Source: an uncultured Acidobacteriota bacterium
GTDB taxonomy: Bacteria; Acidobacteriota; Thermoanaerobaculia; Multivoradales; JAHEKO01
DNA: 64,000 nt
NCBI GenBank assembly: GCA_963713825.1
Contig: CAVQNG010000004.1
Location: 64,001 to 128,000 of the forward strand
Direction: 5' to 3'
A model generated the notes under the pieces. The model was given only the letters and a program-made list of their open reading frames with translations. It did not search any database and was not told the DNA's origin. Positions 1 through 10,275 of this stretch are shown here, one piece after another; the stretch's first letter is position 1, and the number at the start of each line of letters is the position of its first letter. The translations under genes and the position numbers were made by a program.

Positions 1-604
1 GCCGGATCTTCTTGACCTCTTTCTGAAGCTCACTGGTGAGGTCCTTCTGGACTCCGGTGACACCGGTTCGCGACACATAGTAGACAAAGCCGGACGAAGC
101 CTCAGCCACGATCCTGACCCGCGCCGGAGTGCTGGTCGGAGACAGTAGATAGATCGAGTCGACACCTGCCGCGCTGCAAGACTCCCGGAAGCCTCCGTCG
201 TCCTCGTCCGGCGGCAAATCGACACAGAGAATCCCGTCGACACCGGAGATCGCTGCCTGCTCGGCGACAGTCTGAAGACCATGCGCCAGGAGAGGGTTGA
301 AGTACGAGAACAGGACGATGGGGATATCGATTCGAGTCCTCACCCGGGCGATCATCTCCAGGATCCCTGGGAGTGTCACTCCGGCCTCCAGAGCGCGCAC
401 CGCAGCCCGCTGATTTACGGGTCCATCCGCGATGGGATCACTGAAGGGCACCCCCACCTCGATGATGTCTCCTCCACCTTCGGCCAGTGCCTCGATCAGC
501 CGGCCCGAGGTTTCAAGATCGGGATCGCCTCCCGTGAGATACGGAATGAACGCGGCCCGCTTCTCTTCGCGGCAACGGGCAAAGGTCGTCGCTATGCTGC
601 TCAT
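1..604 (-). CDS. trpA: Tryptophan synthase alpha subunit (3' end truncated by window edge)
   Basis: Not in the ORF track. Manual translation from ATG at 604 (ATGA overlap with the trpB stop) gives MSSIATTF...[12 protein letters not shown]...[18 protein letters not shown]...LFSYFNP...[13 protein letters not shown]. Confidence 0.96.
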   Translation of the reverse strand, partial: MSSIATTFARCREEKRAAFIPYLTGGDPDLETSGRLIEALAEGGGDIIEVGVPFSDPIADGPVNQRAAVRALEAGVTLPGILEMIARVRTRIDIPIVLFSYFNPLLAHGLQTVAEQAAISGVDGILCVDLPPDEDDGGFRESCSAAGVDSIYLLSPTSTPARVRIVAEASSGFVYYVSRTGVTGVQKDLTSELQKEVKKIR

Positions 605-1878
605 CGATCGCCTCCCCAGACGACGTGCTTCCAGGTTTCAGCAGGGTGCCGGCTCGCTCCGGCCTCCTGGCGCTCCGACTCACTCCTCTTCGCGTCGTAC
701 TCGAGGACCGACTCGACGTCCTTGTCGCCCCGACCCGAGAGGTTGATGACAACAATCTTCTTGGATGACAGATGGCGCGCGTGCTTGACGGCCTCGGCAA
801 TCGCATGGGCCGACTCCAGAGCCGGCAGGATCCCCTCGGTAGCGGCCAGCAGGTGAAACGCGTCGATGGCTTCGGCATCGGAAACCGACGTGTACTCCAC
901 TCTGCCCTCGTCGTGCAGAAGCGCGTGCTCGGGCCCGATCGCCGGGTAGTCGAGCCCAGCCGACACCGAATGAGTCGTGGCTATCTGACCATGCCGATCC
1001 TGCAAGACCATGGTTTTCGTGCCGTGGAGGACCCCGGTTCGACCGCCTTGGAAGCGTGCAGCATGCTCTCCCAGATCCCCACCCACACCGCCTGCTTCGA
1101 CACCGATCAGACGCGTCCTGCGCTCCTCCAGGAAGGCACTGAACAAGCCTATGGAGTTGCTCCCGCCGCCTACACAGGCCACCGCCAGGTGCGGCCACTC
1201 CTGCCCCGCCTGCTGGCGTAGCTGGCGGCGGGTTTCCTGACCGATGACCTTGTGGAAGTCCCTCACCATGCGCGGATAGGGATCGGGACCCAATACCGAA
1301 CCGAGAACGTAGTGGGTAGTGCGAACATTGGTCACCCAATCGCGAAGCGCTTCGTTGATGGCATCCTTCAGCGTCCGGCTACCGGCATCCACTTGCACGA
1401 CTTCGGCACCCAGAAGGCGCATCCTCTCCACATTGAGCCGCTGCCGCCGCATGTCCTCTTCGCCCATGTAGACCGTGCAGGTCTGTCCAAGGAGCGCCGC
1501 CGCGGTAGCCGTCGCCACGCCGTGCTGGCCCGCTCCTGTCTCGGCAATGATGCGGTCCTTGCCCATGCTCTGGGCCAGCAACGCCTGACCGATCGCGTTG
1601 TTGATCTTGTGAGCACCGGTGTGCAGCAGATCTTCGCGTTTGAGAAAGATCTGGACACCACCCAGAGTGCTGCTCAATCTGTCGGCAAAGTACAGAGGTG
1701 TCGGGCGACCGGCGTAGTGGGTCAGCAGATCCTTGAGTCGGCGCTGGAACTTGCGCTGTTTGGAGACACGGTCATAGGCCCGCGCCAACTCATCCAGAGG
1801 CGCCATGAGCGTCTCAGGAACGTATCGCCCTCCGTAGTCGCCGAAATAGCCTGGTCGTTGATCACTCTTCTTGCGCAT
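601..1878 (-). CDS. trpB: Tryptophan synthase beta subunit
   Basis: [22 protein letters not shown] (PLP lysine), [21 protein letters not shown] and NLSGRGDKD motifs. Confidence 0.98.
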   Translation of the reverse strand: MRKKSDQRPGYFGDYGGRYVPETLMAPLDELARAYDRVSKQRKFQRRLKDLLTHYAGRPTPLYFADRLSSTLGGVQIFLKREDLLHTGAHKINNAIGQALLAQSMGKDRIIAETGAGQHGVATATAAALLGQTCTVYMGEEDMRRQRLNVERMRLLGAEVVQVDAGSRTLKDAINEALRDWVTNVRTTHYVLGSVLGPDPYPRMVRDFHKVIGQETRRQLRQQAGQEWPHLAVACVGGGSNSIGLFSAFLEERRTRLIGVEAGGVGGDLGEHAARFQGGRTGVLHGTKTMVLQDRHGQIATTHSVSAGLDYPAIGPEHALLHDEGRVEYTSVSDAEAIDAFHLLAATEGILPALESAHAIAEAVKHARHLSSKKIVVINLSGRGDKDVESVLEYDAKRSESERQEAGASRHPAETWKHVVWGGDR

Positions 1879-2491
1879 CGTGCACCTCGCGAATGAACCG
1901 TCTCATGAGCTCCGGATCCTTGATGCCGGGTTGAGATTCTATTCCTGAGCTCACGTCCACAATATCAGCGCCGCTGCGGGCGATGGCCTGCAGAACATTC
2001 GATGGACGCAATCCACCAGCAACAATCACCGGCTTTTCTCTGCTCAGACCCGCCACTCTCTCATAAGGCCAGGTGACTCCTGACCCACCGAAGAGCGTCG
2101 GATGATCACAGTCGAAGAGGTAGCCCCATGCATCCGAGAAGTCGCCGAGTACCGCTGCGTCGAAGTCCGCGCCGACTCGAAAGGCCTTGATGGCCCGATC
2201 GCCGAAAGAGCGAACCGAACCGGGATTCTCATCACCATGAAACTGCAGAAGATCGAGTCCGACACAGTCGGAGATTTCCTGAATTTGAGCCGGGGGCTGG
2301 TTGACGAAGACGCCTACCAGCTTCACCCGTTCCCTGACTCTCTCGGCGATCTGCGTCGCCGCTGCCACTTCCAGGCAACGCGGGCTGCCGGGCCAGAAAT
2401 TGAGACCGACAAGATCGGCTCCCAGCTCGGCTGCCCTGACCGCGTCGTTCTCGCGGGTCACCCCACAGATCTTGATTCGGGTTCGAGCCAT
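1862..2491 (-). CDS. trpF: Phosphoribosylanthranilate isomerase
   Basis: IKICG, VGVFVN, LQFHGDE, AGGL and VDVSSGIE motifs; trp operon context. Confidence 0.96.
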   Translation of the reverse strand: MARTRIKICGVTRENDAVRAAELGADLVGLNFWPGSPRCLEVAAATQIAERVRERVKLVGVFVNQPPAQIQEISDCVGLDLLQFHGDENPGSVRSFGDRAIKAFRVGADFDAAVLGDFSDAWGYLFDCDHPTLFGGSGVTWPYERVAGLSREKPVIVAGGLRPSNVLQAIARSGADIVDVSSGIESQPGIKDPELMRRFIREVHDAQEE

Positions 2492-2508
2492 GGCTGGCGT
2501 GACTTCCT

Positions 2509-3300
2509 CTAGCTTCTGCCGAGTAGTTCTTGCAGCTTGGCGCCGGGATCGTCGGCCAGCAGCAGGCTCTCACCCACCAGAAACGCGTCGAAACCGGCCT
2601 CTGCCAGTCGGTCGATGTCTCTGGCCCCTGTAATACCGCTCTCGGACGCCTTCAAGGACCCATCGGGTAGGCCTTTCGCGAGCTCCATCGAGTTGTCGAG
2701 GTCGACCTCGAACGTCGCGAGGTCACGGTTGTTGACTCCGACGATCTCCCAGGCTGCATCCGAGAGCCTGGCCACCTCTGTCGTGTCATGCGTCTCGATC
2801 AAGGGGATCAGACCAAGAGTCCTCGCATGGTTGGCGTAGGCGGCCAGCTCGACGTCAGAAAACAGGGCCGCGATGAGAAGAACCGCGTCTGCCCCCGCCT
2901 GCCGCGCCCATTGCAGCTGTATTGGATGGACCACGAAGTCCTTGGCCAGGGTCGGCAACCCGCTGTGGCGCCGACATTCGGCCAACAGCTCATAGCTGCC
3001 GAAGAAGTAATCCGGCTCGACGACGACCGACAGTGCCGCGGCGCCGTTCTGGGCATAGACCTCGGCTTGACGCAGCGGATCGAGCCTGCCCTGCAGCGAC
3101 CCGATCCGGGGAGACCCCATCTTGACCTCGGCGATCAAGGCGCGTCCGCGATGCCGCCGCAAGGAGGTCGTAAAATCGTTCTCGACCGGGCACTCGGGTT
3201 CAGGCTGTGCCTTGGGGGGCAGCCCCTTCCCCATCTCGGCCTCGACCTTCCGACGACGGTTCTCGACGATCTGTCGCAGGATAGCCGCCGGGGGACTCAT
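2509..3300 (-). CDS. trpC: Indole-3-glycerol phosphate synthase
   Basis: LIAEVKxxSP, LAKDF, GADAVLLI, GVNNRDL, SESGI and FLVGESLL motifs. Confidence 0.96.
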   Translation of the reverse strand: MSPPAAILRQIVENRRRKVEAEMGKGLPPKAQPEPECPVENDFTTSLRRHRGRALIAEVKMGSPRIGSLQGRLDPLRQAEVYAQNGAAALSVVVEPDYFFGSYELLAECRRHSGLPTLAKDFVVHPIQLQWARQAGADAVLLIAALFSDVELAAYANHARTLGLIPLIETHDTTEVARLSDAAWEIVGVNNRDLATFEVDLDNSMELAKGLPDGSLKASESGITGARDIDRLAEAGFDAFLVGESLLLADDPGAKLQELLGRS

Positions 3301-4343
3301 GCTTTCTCTTCTCCAGACTGGGTCGAGAACGCCCGGAGCTCATCGAGTTTGGCCAAGCCTTCGCCGGAGGCCAGAACGCGCCTCGCTTTCTCCAGCCCCT
3401 CGCGAAGGTCTCCGACCTGCCCTCCGACATAGAGAGCCGCGGCCGCGTTGAGAGCGGTGATCTCGGCCAACGGGCCTGGCTCGCCCTGCAGTACGGCCTC
3501 CATCATGGCGGCATTGGATTTCGGATCACCACCTGCAAGTGCCGACATCTGCACCCGATCCAAGCCAAGTGACTCGGGAGTCAGTCGGAATGTCTCGATA
3601 TTGGGGCCCCGCACCTCGGCCACCCTGGTCGCAGCGGTGGTCGTCAGCTCATCCAGGCCGTCCTCGCCATGAATGACGAGGGCATGATCGCACCCCAACC
3701 TGGCCAAGACCCGGGCCATGAGCCCAACGAGGTCTGCCGAGTACACGCCCAGCACTTGACGCCGAGCCCCGGCTGGATTGGTGAGCGGCCCGAGCAGATT
3801 GAAGATCGTCCGAATGCCCAGACTACGACGGACCGGCATGACCTCCCGCATGGCGGGATGAAATCCGGGGGCGAACAGAAATGCAAGGCCGATCTCGTCG
3901 ATCGCCCGGCCGGCCAGCGCCGGATCCATCGCGATCTCCACCCCGAGTGCACCGAGCACATCGGCGCTGCCGGAACGGCTCGACACGGATCGATTGCCAT
4001 GTTTGGCGATGGGGGTGCCGGCGGCTGCGGCCACGAGTGCGGCGGCCGTCGAGATGTTGAACGTCCCCTTGCTGTCGCCTCCCGTACCGCAGGTATCTAC
4101 CAAGCCCCTCCTCACACTCTGCACCGGAACGACCCTGCCGCGCATGGCGATGGCGGCGCCGGCGATCTCCTCGGCGCTCTCGCCCTTGGCGGCCAAGGCG
4201 ACCAGCAGCGCCGCCTTCAGAGATTCATCGAGGTCGCCGTCCATGAGCCGACCGAAGAGGCTCGCGGTCTGCTCTTGGGTCAAGCCCTCGCCCGCGACGA
4301 TTCTGGACAGCGCTTCGGAAGGCTGCAGGTCGGCGTCACACAT
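3297..4343 (-). CDS. trpD: Anthranilate phosphoribosyltransferase
   Basis: DTCGTGGD, TFNIST, KHGNRSVSSRSGSAD and FNLLGPLTNP motifs. Start placed at ATG 4343, overlapping the end of trpG. Confidence 0.96.
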   Translation of the reverse strand: MCDADLQPSEALSRIVAGEGLTQEQTASLFGRLMDGDLDESLKAALLVALAAKGESAEEIAGAAIAMRGRVVPVQSVRRGLVDTCGTGGDSKGTFNISTAAALVAAAAGTPIAKHGNRSVSSRSGSADVLGALGVEIAMDPALAGRAIDEIGLAFLFAPGFHPAMREVMPVRRSLGIRTIFNLLGPLTNPAGARRQVLGVYSADLVGLMARVLARLGCDHALVIHGEDGLDELTTTAATRVAEVRGPNIETFRLTPESLGLDRVQMSALAGGDPKSNAAMMEAVLQGEPGPLAEITALNAAAALYVGGQVGDLREGLEKARRVLASGEGLAKLDELRAFSTQSGEEKA

Positions 4344-4935
4344 CGGCGACTCCCGATGCCGCCGAGCTCTCACAAACGGTCAGAAAGTTGGCCACCAGCT
4401 GTGGACCGCTAGTTGTCAGAATGGACTCCGGGTGGAACTGGACACCCCAGTAGGGGTGAGAGCGATGCCGCATTCCCATCAGTGTCTCGCCGTCCGTGCT
4501 CCAGGCCAGCGGCTGCAGCTCGGCAGGCAAGCCCGCCTCCACGACCTCCAGACTGTGATACCTCGTCGCTTCGAACGGATTCGGCAGGCCTTCGAAGATC
4601 CCCTCGCCGAGGTGGCGAACTCGAGATGTCTTGCCATGCATCAACTTGGGAGCCCGCTCCACTCTCCCACCGAAGGCAGCTCCCAAGACCTGATGACCGA
4701 GGCAGACGCCGAGCACCGGTACTTTCGGGCGGCGCTCGATCAGCTCGAGGCAGACTCCCGCCTCCTCAGGCCGTCCGGGACCGGGCGAGAGAATGATCCC
4801 CCGCGGCCGCCGCTCGAGCATCTCCGCGGCGCTTTCCGCATCGTTCCGCAGCACTGTCACCTCGATGTCCCGGCTCCACAGTAGCTGCACCAGGTTGTAG
4901 GTGAAAGAGTCGTAGTTGTCGACAACAAGAATCAT
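4336..4935 (-). CDS. trpG: Anthranilate synthase component II (glutamine amidotransferase)
   Basis: DNYDSFTYN, SPGPGRP, LGVCLGHQ and QFHPES motifs; lies between trpE and trpD. Confidence 0.95.
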   Translation of the reverse strand: MILVVDNYDSFTYNLVQLLWSRDIEVTVLRNDAESAAEMLERRPRGIILSPGPGRPEEAGVCLELIERRPKVPVLGVCLGHQVLGAAFGGRVERAPKLMHGKTSRVRHLGEGIFEGLPNPFEATRYHSLEVVEAGLPAELQPLAWSTDGETLMGMRHRSHPYWGVQFHPESILTTSGPQLVANFLTVCESSAASGVADV

Positions 4936-4957
4936 CGGGCCGCCCGTCCTGGCTCCC

Positions 4958-6403
4958 TCATGGGGTTCGAAAAGCGGCCGCCAGCTCTACTGCAGCTCGC
5001 ATGGCCGCCGCCTTGTTCTCCGTCTCGCGTACCTCCGCCTCTGGATCCGAGTCCGCGACAATTCCGGCACCGGCGGTGAAAGAGACTTCGTCTGGGCCGA
5101 CCACCATTGTGCGGATGGTAATGCAGGTATCCAGGTCGCCACTGTAGGAAAAGTAGCCGACAGCTCCAGCATACGGACCGCGCGCTTCGGGCTCCAACTC
5201 GTCGATGATCTCCATGGCTCGGATCTTTGGAGCGCCAGAGACAGTGCCGGCCGGGAAACAGGCCATCAGTGCCTCGAGGGAATTGCAGCCTGCCGCCAGT
5301 TCTCCCTCGACGCTGGAGACGATGTGCATGACGTGACTGTAGCGCTCGACCTCCATGAAGCTGGTGACCTCTACGCTGCCACCCGCGGCGACGCGGCCGA
5401 TGTCGTTGCGCCCGAGATCCACCAACATGAGATGCTCGGCGCGCTCTTTGGCGTCGGCCAGCAGCTCCTCGGCCAGTCGCCGGTCCTCAGCTGGCTCCGC
5501 TGAGCGATGTCGTGTGCCGGCAATCGGTCGGGTCTCGATGCGGTTGCCGGTCTTCCTGAGCAGCATCTCTGGGGAGGCGCCGACGATGGCGACCTCCGGG
5601 GCCTCGAGCAGCACCATGTAGGGACTCGGGTTGACCATGCGTAACGACCGGTAGAGGGCCAGGGGCTCGGCTACCCTCTCCATGCTCCATCTCCTGGCCA
5701 GGACGACCTGGAAAATGTCGCCCCGGTCGATCAACTCCTTGGCCCGCGCCACACAGTCGCGAAATTGCGCGGCGCCGATGGATGGCGTCGCCTCGAGTGA
5801 GACATCGGTGCTCGTCGGCACCTCCACGGCGGTGCCCTGACCCGGTGTGGTCAATAGCTCGGACAGTCGATCGAGCTGCTGCAAGGCCTCGCTCCGGCTG
5901 ACCTCACCATCGACTTCATTCGACACGGCGACGACTCGTTGGCGAACATGGTCGAACACAACGACAGAATCGAAGCGTGCCAACAGGGCAGCGGGTAGCC
6001 CCATTTTGTCCGGCGGGCAGGAAGGTAGGCTCTCCTGCTGCCGGATCAGGTCGTAGCCAAAGTAGCCGACGAACCCACCCGAAAAAGGGAACGGCGGATC
6101 TTCGCAGGCGAACCTGCCTATCTCGTAGGACAAGGCCTCGAGAGGAGGTCCTTCGCTCATCCGACGAACGCCCTCTTCTTCGACTTCCAGCCGATTTTCG
6201 AGCAATCGGTACACTGCCTGCGGCCCGGCTCCCAGGAAACTGTACCGGGAGATCACCTCTCCGCCCGTGACGCTCTCCAACAGGAACCGAATCGGGGACA
6301 AATCGGACAGCCGCCGGTAGACCTCCAACGGCGTCAGGCTGTCGGCCAGGAACTCCCTCAGATGGGGACGGACGGATTCTGCAGCTGCCGGGCGGGAGGT
6401 CAT
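4958..6403 (-). CDS. trpE: Anthranilate synthase component I
   Basis: FLLES and NPSPYM (Trp feedback motifs), PIAGT, AEHLMLVDLGRND, GTVSGAPK and AGAGIVADS. Confidence 0.96.
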   Translation of the reverse strand: MTSRPAAAESVRPHLREFLADSLTPLEVYRRLSDLSPIRFLLESVTGGEVISRYSFLGAGPQAVYRLLENRLEVEEEGVRRMSEGPPLEALSYEIGRFACEDPPFPFSGGFVGYFGYDLIRQQESLPSCPPDKMGLPAALLARFDSVVVFDHVRQRVVAVSNEVDGEVSRSEALQQLDRLSELLTTPGQGTAVEVPTSTDVSLEATPSIGAAQFRDCVARAKELIDRGDIFQVVLARRWSMERVAEPLALYRSLRMVNPSPYMVLLEAPEVAIVGASPEMLLRKTGNRIETRPIAGTRHRSAEPAEDRRLAEELLADAKERAEHLMLVDLGRNDIGRVAAGGSVEVTSFMEVERYSHVMHIVSSVEGELAAGCNSLEALMACFPAGTVSGAPKIRAMEIIDELEPEARGPYAGAVGYFSYSGDLDTCITIRTMVVGPDEVSFTAGAGIVADSDPEAEVRETENKAAAMRAAVELAAAFRTP

Positions 6404-6418
6404 CAGGAGGTGGGGCCG

Positions 6419-7900
6419 CTAGTCGTTGACTTCCAGGCCGAGAAGCTGACGACTCTCGCCTGCTGGCATCTCCATGCCTGTCATGAGTCGGAACTGCGGA
6501 ATCGCCTGAAAGAGGAGCACCTCCCTGCCGTCGATCACGGTCCGCCCGGAAGCGCGCACCGCTTGCACCAACGGTGTCGGGCCCGACCGACGATAGACCA
6601 GGTCCACGACAACGGCCGATTCACCGAGCCCATCGAGCTCGAAGGGCAAGTCATCTTCTTCGTTCCAGCCTAGCGGAGTGGCATTCACAAGGTAGTCGAA
6701 CGGGGTCGGGTCGAACTGGTCCAGAGCACAAAAAGGTACCCGCAAGTCGGCAGCCGCCTTGCGGCCTCTCTCCGACCCTCGATTGACCATGGTGACCGCC
6801 GCTCCTTCTGCACTGAGTGCGGCGGCAGCCGCCCGACCCGCGCCTCCAGCTCCAACGATCGCCACCGAGCGGCCCGACAGTTCGAGACCGCGAGCTCGAA
6901 TCGGACCGGTTACGCCCATCCCATCCGTCGAGTCTGCCTGCCAGATTCCCTCCCGCTTGAAGAGAGTATTGGCCGACCCCGTCCATTCTGCCAGTGGACT
7001 CACCGCACCTCCCACCGCCACCGCCACGCCTTTGAAAGGCGTCGTCACACTGAGTCCCGCGAGCTCGAACCCGAGCTCATCGAAGGTACCGCTCTCCACC
7101 ACTTCCAACCAGAAGTCTCCAAAGGCCTCGACATGAAACGGCAGATAGAGGCTGTCGATTCCGAGATGGCGATAAGCGTGGTTGTGCAGTCGAGGAGACA
7201 GGCTCTGGGCAACGTTCATGCCGACGATGCCGAACAGGCGGGTCACATCCCGCAGATCCGGCAGGCCATAGTCGACGATCAGCTGCGCGACGCTGGGCTG
7301 GCCAGAAGCGGCCGGCTCATGGGAAGCGGAACCGAAGACCACTGGGGCGCCCAGGCGGGGAGCGATCAAACGGGTCCAAGTGCCGATCGGTCCCGTCGCG
7401 AAGGCGATGACATCGTGGCGCCCCAGCGAATGCAGGAGGGCCAGAGGAGTCACCTCCTGACCTGGCTGCTCCGCAGCCGGGATCAACTTGTAGTACCGGG
7501 CCTCTTCTTCGCTCTGTCTCGAGTGGATCTTCTGCAACTCGCCCAGAGTACGAGGGTCACCGTGCCATGAAACGAGTCTCCTGGATGGTTCCACGGCCGC
7601 CAGAACATCCGGGTCGAAGTCCCTATCGACCTCGAGGTCGACGAGATCGAAACGCGCCGCCGCTTGAATCAAGCGTTGGTGACGTCGGTCCAAGGAAGCC
7701 TCGGACCTGCCACCCTCCGCCCGGCTCCGCAGGGTGTACAGCAGCTCGCCATCGAAGCTCGCCCGCAACCGATCGGGGTCTAGCTCGCCAACGAGATCGG
7801 CGCGCACTTCCAAGATCTGCACGCGTCCCGAGAGAGCGCTCAGCTCCTCATCAGAGGGTTTCTCTGTGAGTGTGGCGACGAGAACAGCAGTCGAGCTCAA
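6419..7900 (-). CDS. aroDE: Bifunctional type I 3-dehydroquinate dehydratase / shikimate dehydrogenase (AroD-AroE fusion)
   Basis: N-terminal ILEVRAD, YTLRSxxEGG, VSWH and YYKL (type I DHQase). C-terminal SLSPRLHN, SVTTPFK, ANTL, TDG, GAGGAG and NATP (shikimate DH). Start placed at TTG 7900 after AGGAG. Confidence 0.9.
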   Translation of the reverse strand: MSSTAVLVATLTEKPSDEELSALSGRVQILEVRADLVGELDPDRLRASFDGELLYTLRSRAEGGRSEASLDRRHQRLIQAAARFDLVDLEVDRDFDPDVLAAVEPSRRLVSWHGDPRTLGELQKIHSRQSEEEARYYKLIPAAEQPGQEVTPLALLHSLGRHDVIAFATGPIGTWTRLIAPRLGAPVVFGSASHEPAASGQPSVAQLIVDYGLPDLRDVTRLFGIVGMNVAQSLSPRLHNHAYRHLGIDSLYLPFHVEAFGDFWLEVVESGTFDELGFELAGLSVTTPFKGVAVAVGGAVSPLAEWTGSANTLFKREGIWQADSTDGMGVTGPIRARGLELSGRSVAIVGAGGAGRAAAAALSAEGAAVTMVNRGSERGRKAAADLRVPFCALDQFDPTPFDYLVNATPLGWNEEDDLPFELDGLGESAVVVDLVYRRSGPTPLVQAVRASGRTVIDGREVLLFQAIPQFRLMTGMEMPAGESRQLLGLEVND

Positions 7901-7922
7901 GTGCTCAACTCCTCGTGAGATC

Positions 7923-9176
7923 TCAGCCCGAGAACCGCTGAAGGAGCAGCGCTCCGTTGGAACCGCCAAAGCCGAAGGAGTTCGTCAGTCCGATCTCGAA
8001 CTGCGTCGGTCTGGCCGTCCCGGGAACGAAGTCCAGGTCACAATCTTCGCTCGGGTGCTCCAGATTGATGGTAGGCGGCAGTATCTGGTGGTGGAGCGCC
8101 AAAGCCAGGACACCGGTCTCCAGACCTCCGGCCGCTCCCAGGAGGTGACCGGTACAAGACTTGGTCGAAGAGACCGCCAGCCGGTAGGCGTGGTCACCAA
8201 ACACATCCTTGATGGCCTGTACCTCCGCCGCATCTCCCAGCTCGGTCGAGGTTCCATGGGCGTTGATGTAGCCGACTCGCTCCGGCGCCACTTCGGCGTC
8301 AGCCAAGACGGCGCGCATCACATCGGCGGCCCCGACACCCTCGGGCTGCGGCGCCGAGATGTGGTACGCGTCGCCGCTCATGCCGTAGCCGATGATCTCG
8401 GCGTAGATCGGTGCCTGTCTCTCCAGAGCCTGTGACAGCTCCTGCAGAATCACAATCCCCGCACCCTCGCCCATGACGAATCCATCCCTGTCGCGGTCCC
8501 AGGGCCGCGAGGCGAGCTGGGGCTCGTCATTGCGGGTCGAGAGAGCGCGCATGGCGCAGAAACCCGCCACGCTCAACGGCGTCACCACCCCTTCCGTACC
8601 GCCAGCGATCATGGCGTCGGCGTGTCCGTACTGGATCTGTCGGTAGGCATCACCGATGGCGTGAAGGCCCGAAGTACACGCAGTGCAGGGAGCAGAATTG
8701 GGGCCGCGAGCGCCAAATCGAATCGAGACCTGACCGGCCGCCATGTTGACGATGAGTCCGGGGATGAAGAACGGCGAGACGCGGCTAGGCCCCTTTTCAA
8801 CGAGACGCTGATGGGTGCGCTCGATCAGAGGCAGACCACCAATCCCGGAGCCGATGATGACCCCGACCCGAGGGGCGGTGGCCTCTTCGATCTGCAGTCC
8901 CGAGTCATCCATGGCACCTTCGGCCGCAGCCAGAGCCAAATGAATGAAGCGGTCGCCCTTCTTCAGGTCCTTCTTGTCGATGTACTTCAGCGGATCGAAG
9001 TCTGACACCTCTCCGGCGATCCGACTCGGATACTCGGAGGCGTCGAATCGGGTGATGGGCCCGACCCCGCTGCGGCCCTCCAGAAGGCCTTCCCACGTGA
9101 CCGATGTCCCCACCCCGACAGGTGAGACGAGTCCCACACCCGTGACCACGACTCGACGCTGAGAATCAAGTCTCAT
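7923..9176 (-). CDS. fabF: 3-oxoacyl-ACP synthase II
   Basis: RRVVVTG, TACTSG, GFVMGEGAG, NAHGTST, GHLLGAAG and NSFGFGG motifs; follows acpP. Confidence 0.97.
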   Translation of the reverse strand: MRLDSQRRVVVTGVGLVSPVGVGTSVTWEGLLEGRSGVGPITRFDASEYPSRIAGEVSDFDPLKYIDKKDLKKGDRFIHLALAAAEGAMDDSGLQIEEATAPRVGVIIGSGIGGLPLIERTHQRLVEKGPSRVSPFFIPGLIVNMAAGQVSIRFGARGPNSAPCTACTSGLHAIGDAYRQIQYGHADAMIAGGTEGVVTPLSVAGFCAMRALSTRNDEPQLASRPWDRDRDGFVMGEGAGIVILQELSQALERQAPIYAEIIGYGMSGDAYHISAPQPEGVGAADVMRAVLADAEVAPERVGYINAHGTSTELGDAAEVQAIKDVFGDHAYRLAVSSTKSCTGHLLGAAGGLETGVLALALHHQILPPTINLEHPSEDCDLDFVPGTARPTQFEIGLTNSFGFGGSNGALLLQRFSG

Positions 9177-9234
9177 CGTCAACCCTCGGCCCGGTCGCTT
9201 GCGGCGGGAGAACGTCAGTCATCGACGGCGTTTC

Positions 9235-9468
9235 TCAACCCTGATTCTTCTCGATGTAGCTGATGGCTTCCTGAACCCGGCCGATCTTCTCGGCGTCCTC
9301 GTCAGGAATCTCGATGCCGAACTCCTCCTCGAAGGCCATGACCAATTCGACGATATCCAGCGAATCGGCGCCCAGATCCTCGGTGAAGCTGGCTTCTACA
9401 GTGACCTCGTCAGCATCCACGCCCAACTGTTCGACAATGATGCTCTTTACTTTTTCACTTACCGACAT
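9235..9468 (-). CDS. acpP: Acyl carrier protein
   Basis: [20 protein letters not shown]; 77 aa, acidic. Confidence 0.98.
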   Translation of the reverse strand: MSVSEKVKSIIVEQLGVDADEVTVEASFTEDLGADSLDIVELVMAFEEEFGIEIPDEDAEKIGRVQEAISYIEKNQG

Positions 9469-9525
9469 GGTTCAAACTCTCCTGTGCAAAGTTCGAGTTC
9501 GTGCGATTCTAAGAGATTCTTCTCG

Positions 9526-10275
9526 TCAGATATATAGGCCGCCCGAGACGTTGAGCACGTGACCGGTGACATAGCCTGCTTCTTCGCTGGCCAGATAGAG
9601 GACGGCCCAGGCCACGTCTTCGACCGAACCCAGCCTGTTCAAAGGGATGACCCCGACCAACTCCTGACGGTTCTGTTCAGGAATGCTGTCCGTCATCGCG
9701 GTCTCGATGAATCCCGGAGCCACCACATTGACCGTCACGTTTCGACTCGCCAATTCTCGCGCCAGGGACTTGCTGAAGCCTACGAGACCCGCCTTGGCGG
9801 CGGCATAGTTGGCCTGCCCGGCATTCCCCATCAGCCCGACGACGGACGAGACGGAGATGATTCGCCCCCAGCGGCGACGCATCATCCCACGACTCACGGC
9901 GCGAGTGGTGGCAAAGGCCCCTGTCAGGTTGACCTGCAGGACCTTCTCCCAAGACTCCAGACTCATGCGAGCCAGCAGGCCGTCTTCGGTAATGCCGGCA
10001 TTGTTGACCAGAATATCCACCTCAGAAAACGTCTCCGGCAGGCCCTTGATCTTGTCGGCCACTGATTCGGGGGCGGCCAAATCGAGCTCCAGCGCGTGAA
10101 CTTCGATCCCCTCCTCGGCGAGCTCGGTTGCCAGGGAGCGCAGTTTATCGATGCTGCGAGCGGCCGCAATGACCCTGGCGCCCTGCGCTCCGAGAACTCT
10201 GACGATACCTTCGCCGATACCCTGGGAGGCTCCGGTCACGAGAGCCGTCCTACCGTTGAGTCGCATTGCATTCAT
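9526..10275 (-). CDS. fabG: 3-oxoacyl-ACP reductase
   Basis: TGASQGIG, NNAGIT and YAAAK motifs; lies between fabD and acpP. The start could be 10266. Confidence 0.96.
   Translation of the reverse strand: MNAMRLNGRTALVTGASQGIGEGIVRVLGAQGARVIAAARSIDKLRSLATELAEEGIEVHALELDLAAPESVADKIKGLPETFSEVDILVNNAGITEDGLLARMSLESWEKVLQVNLTGAFATTRAVSRGMMRRRWGRIISVSSVVGLMGNAGQANYAAAKAGLVGFSKSLARELASRNVTVNVVAPGFIETAMTDSIPEQNRQELVGVIPLNRLGSVEDVAWAVLYLASEEAGYVTGHVLNVSGGLYI

Noticed and set aside
6404-6418. trp leader peptide or attenuator
   Set aside because: Only 15 nt separate aroDE and trpE, and no tandem-Trp leader ORF is visible.
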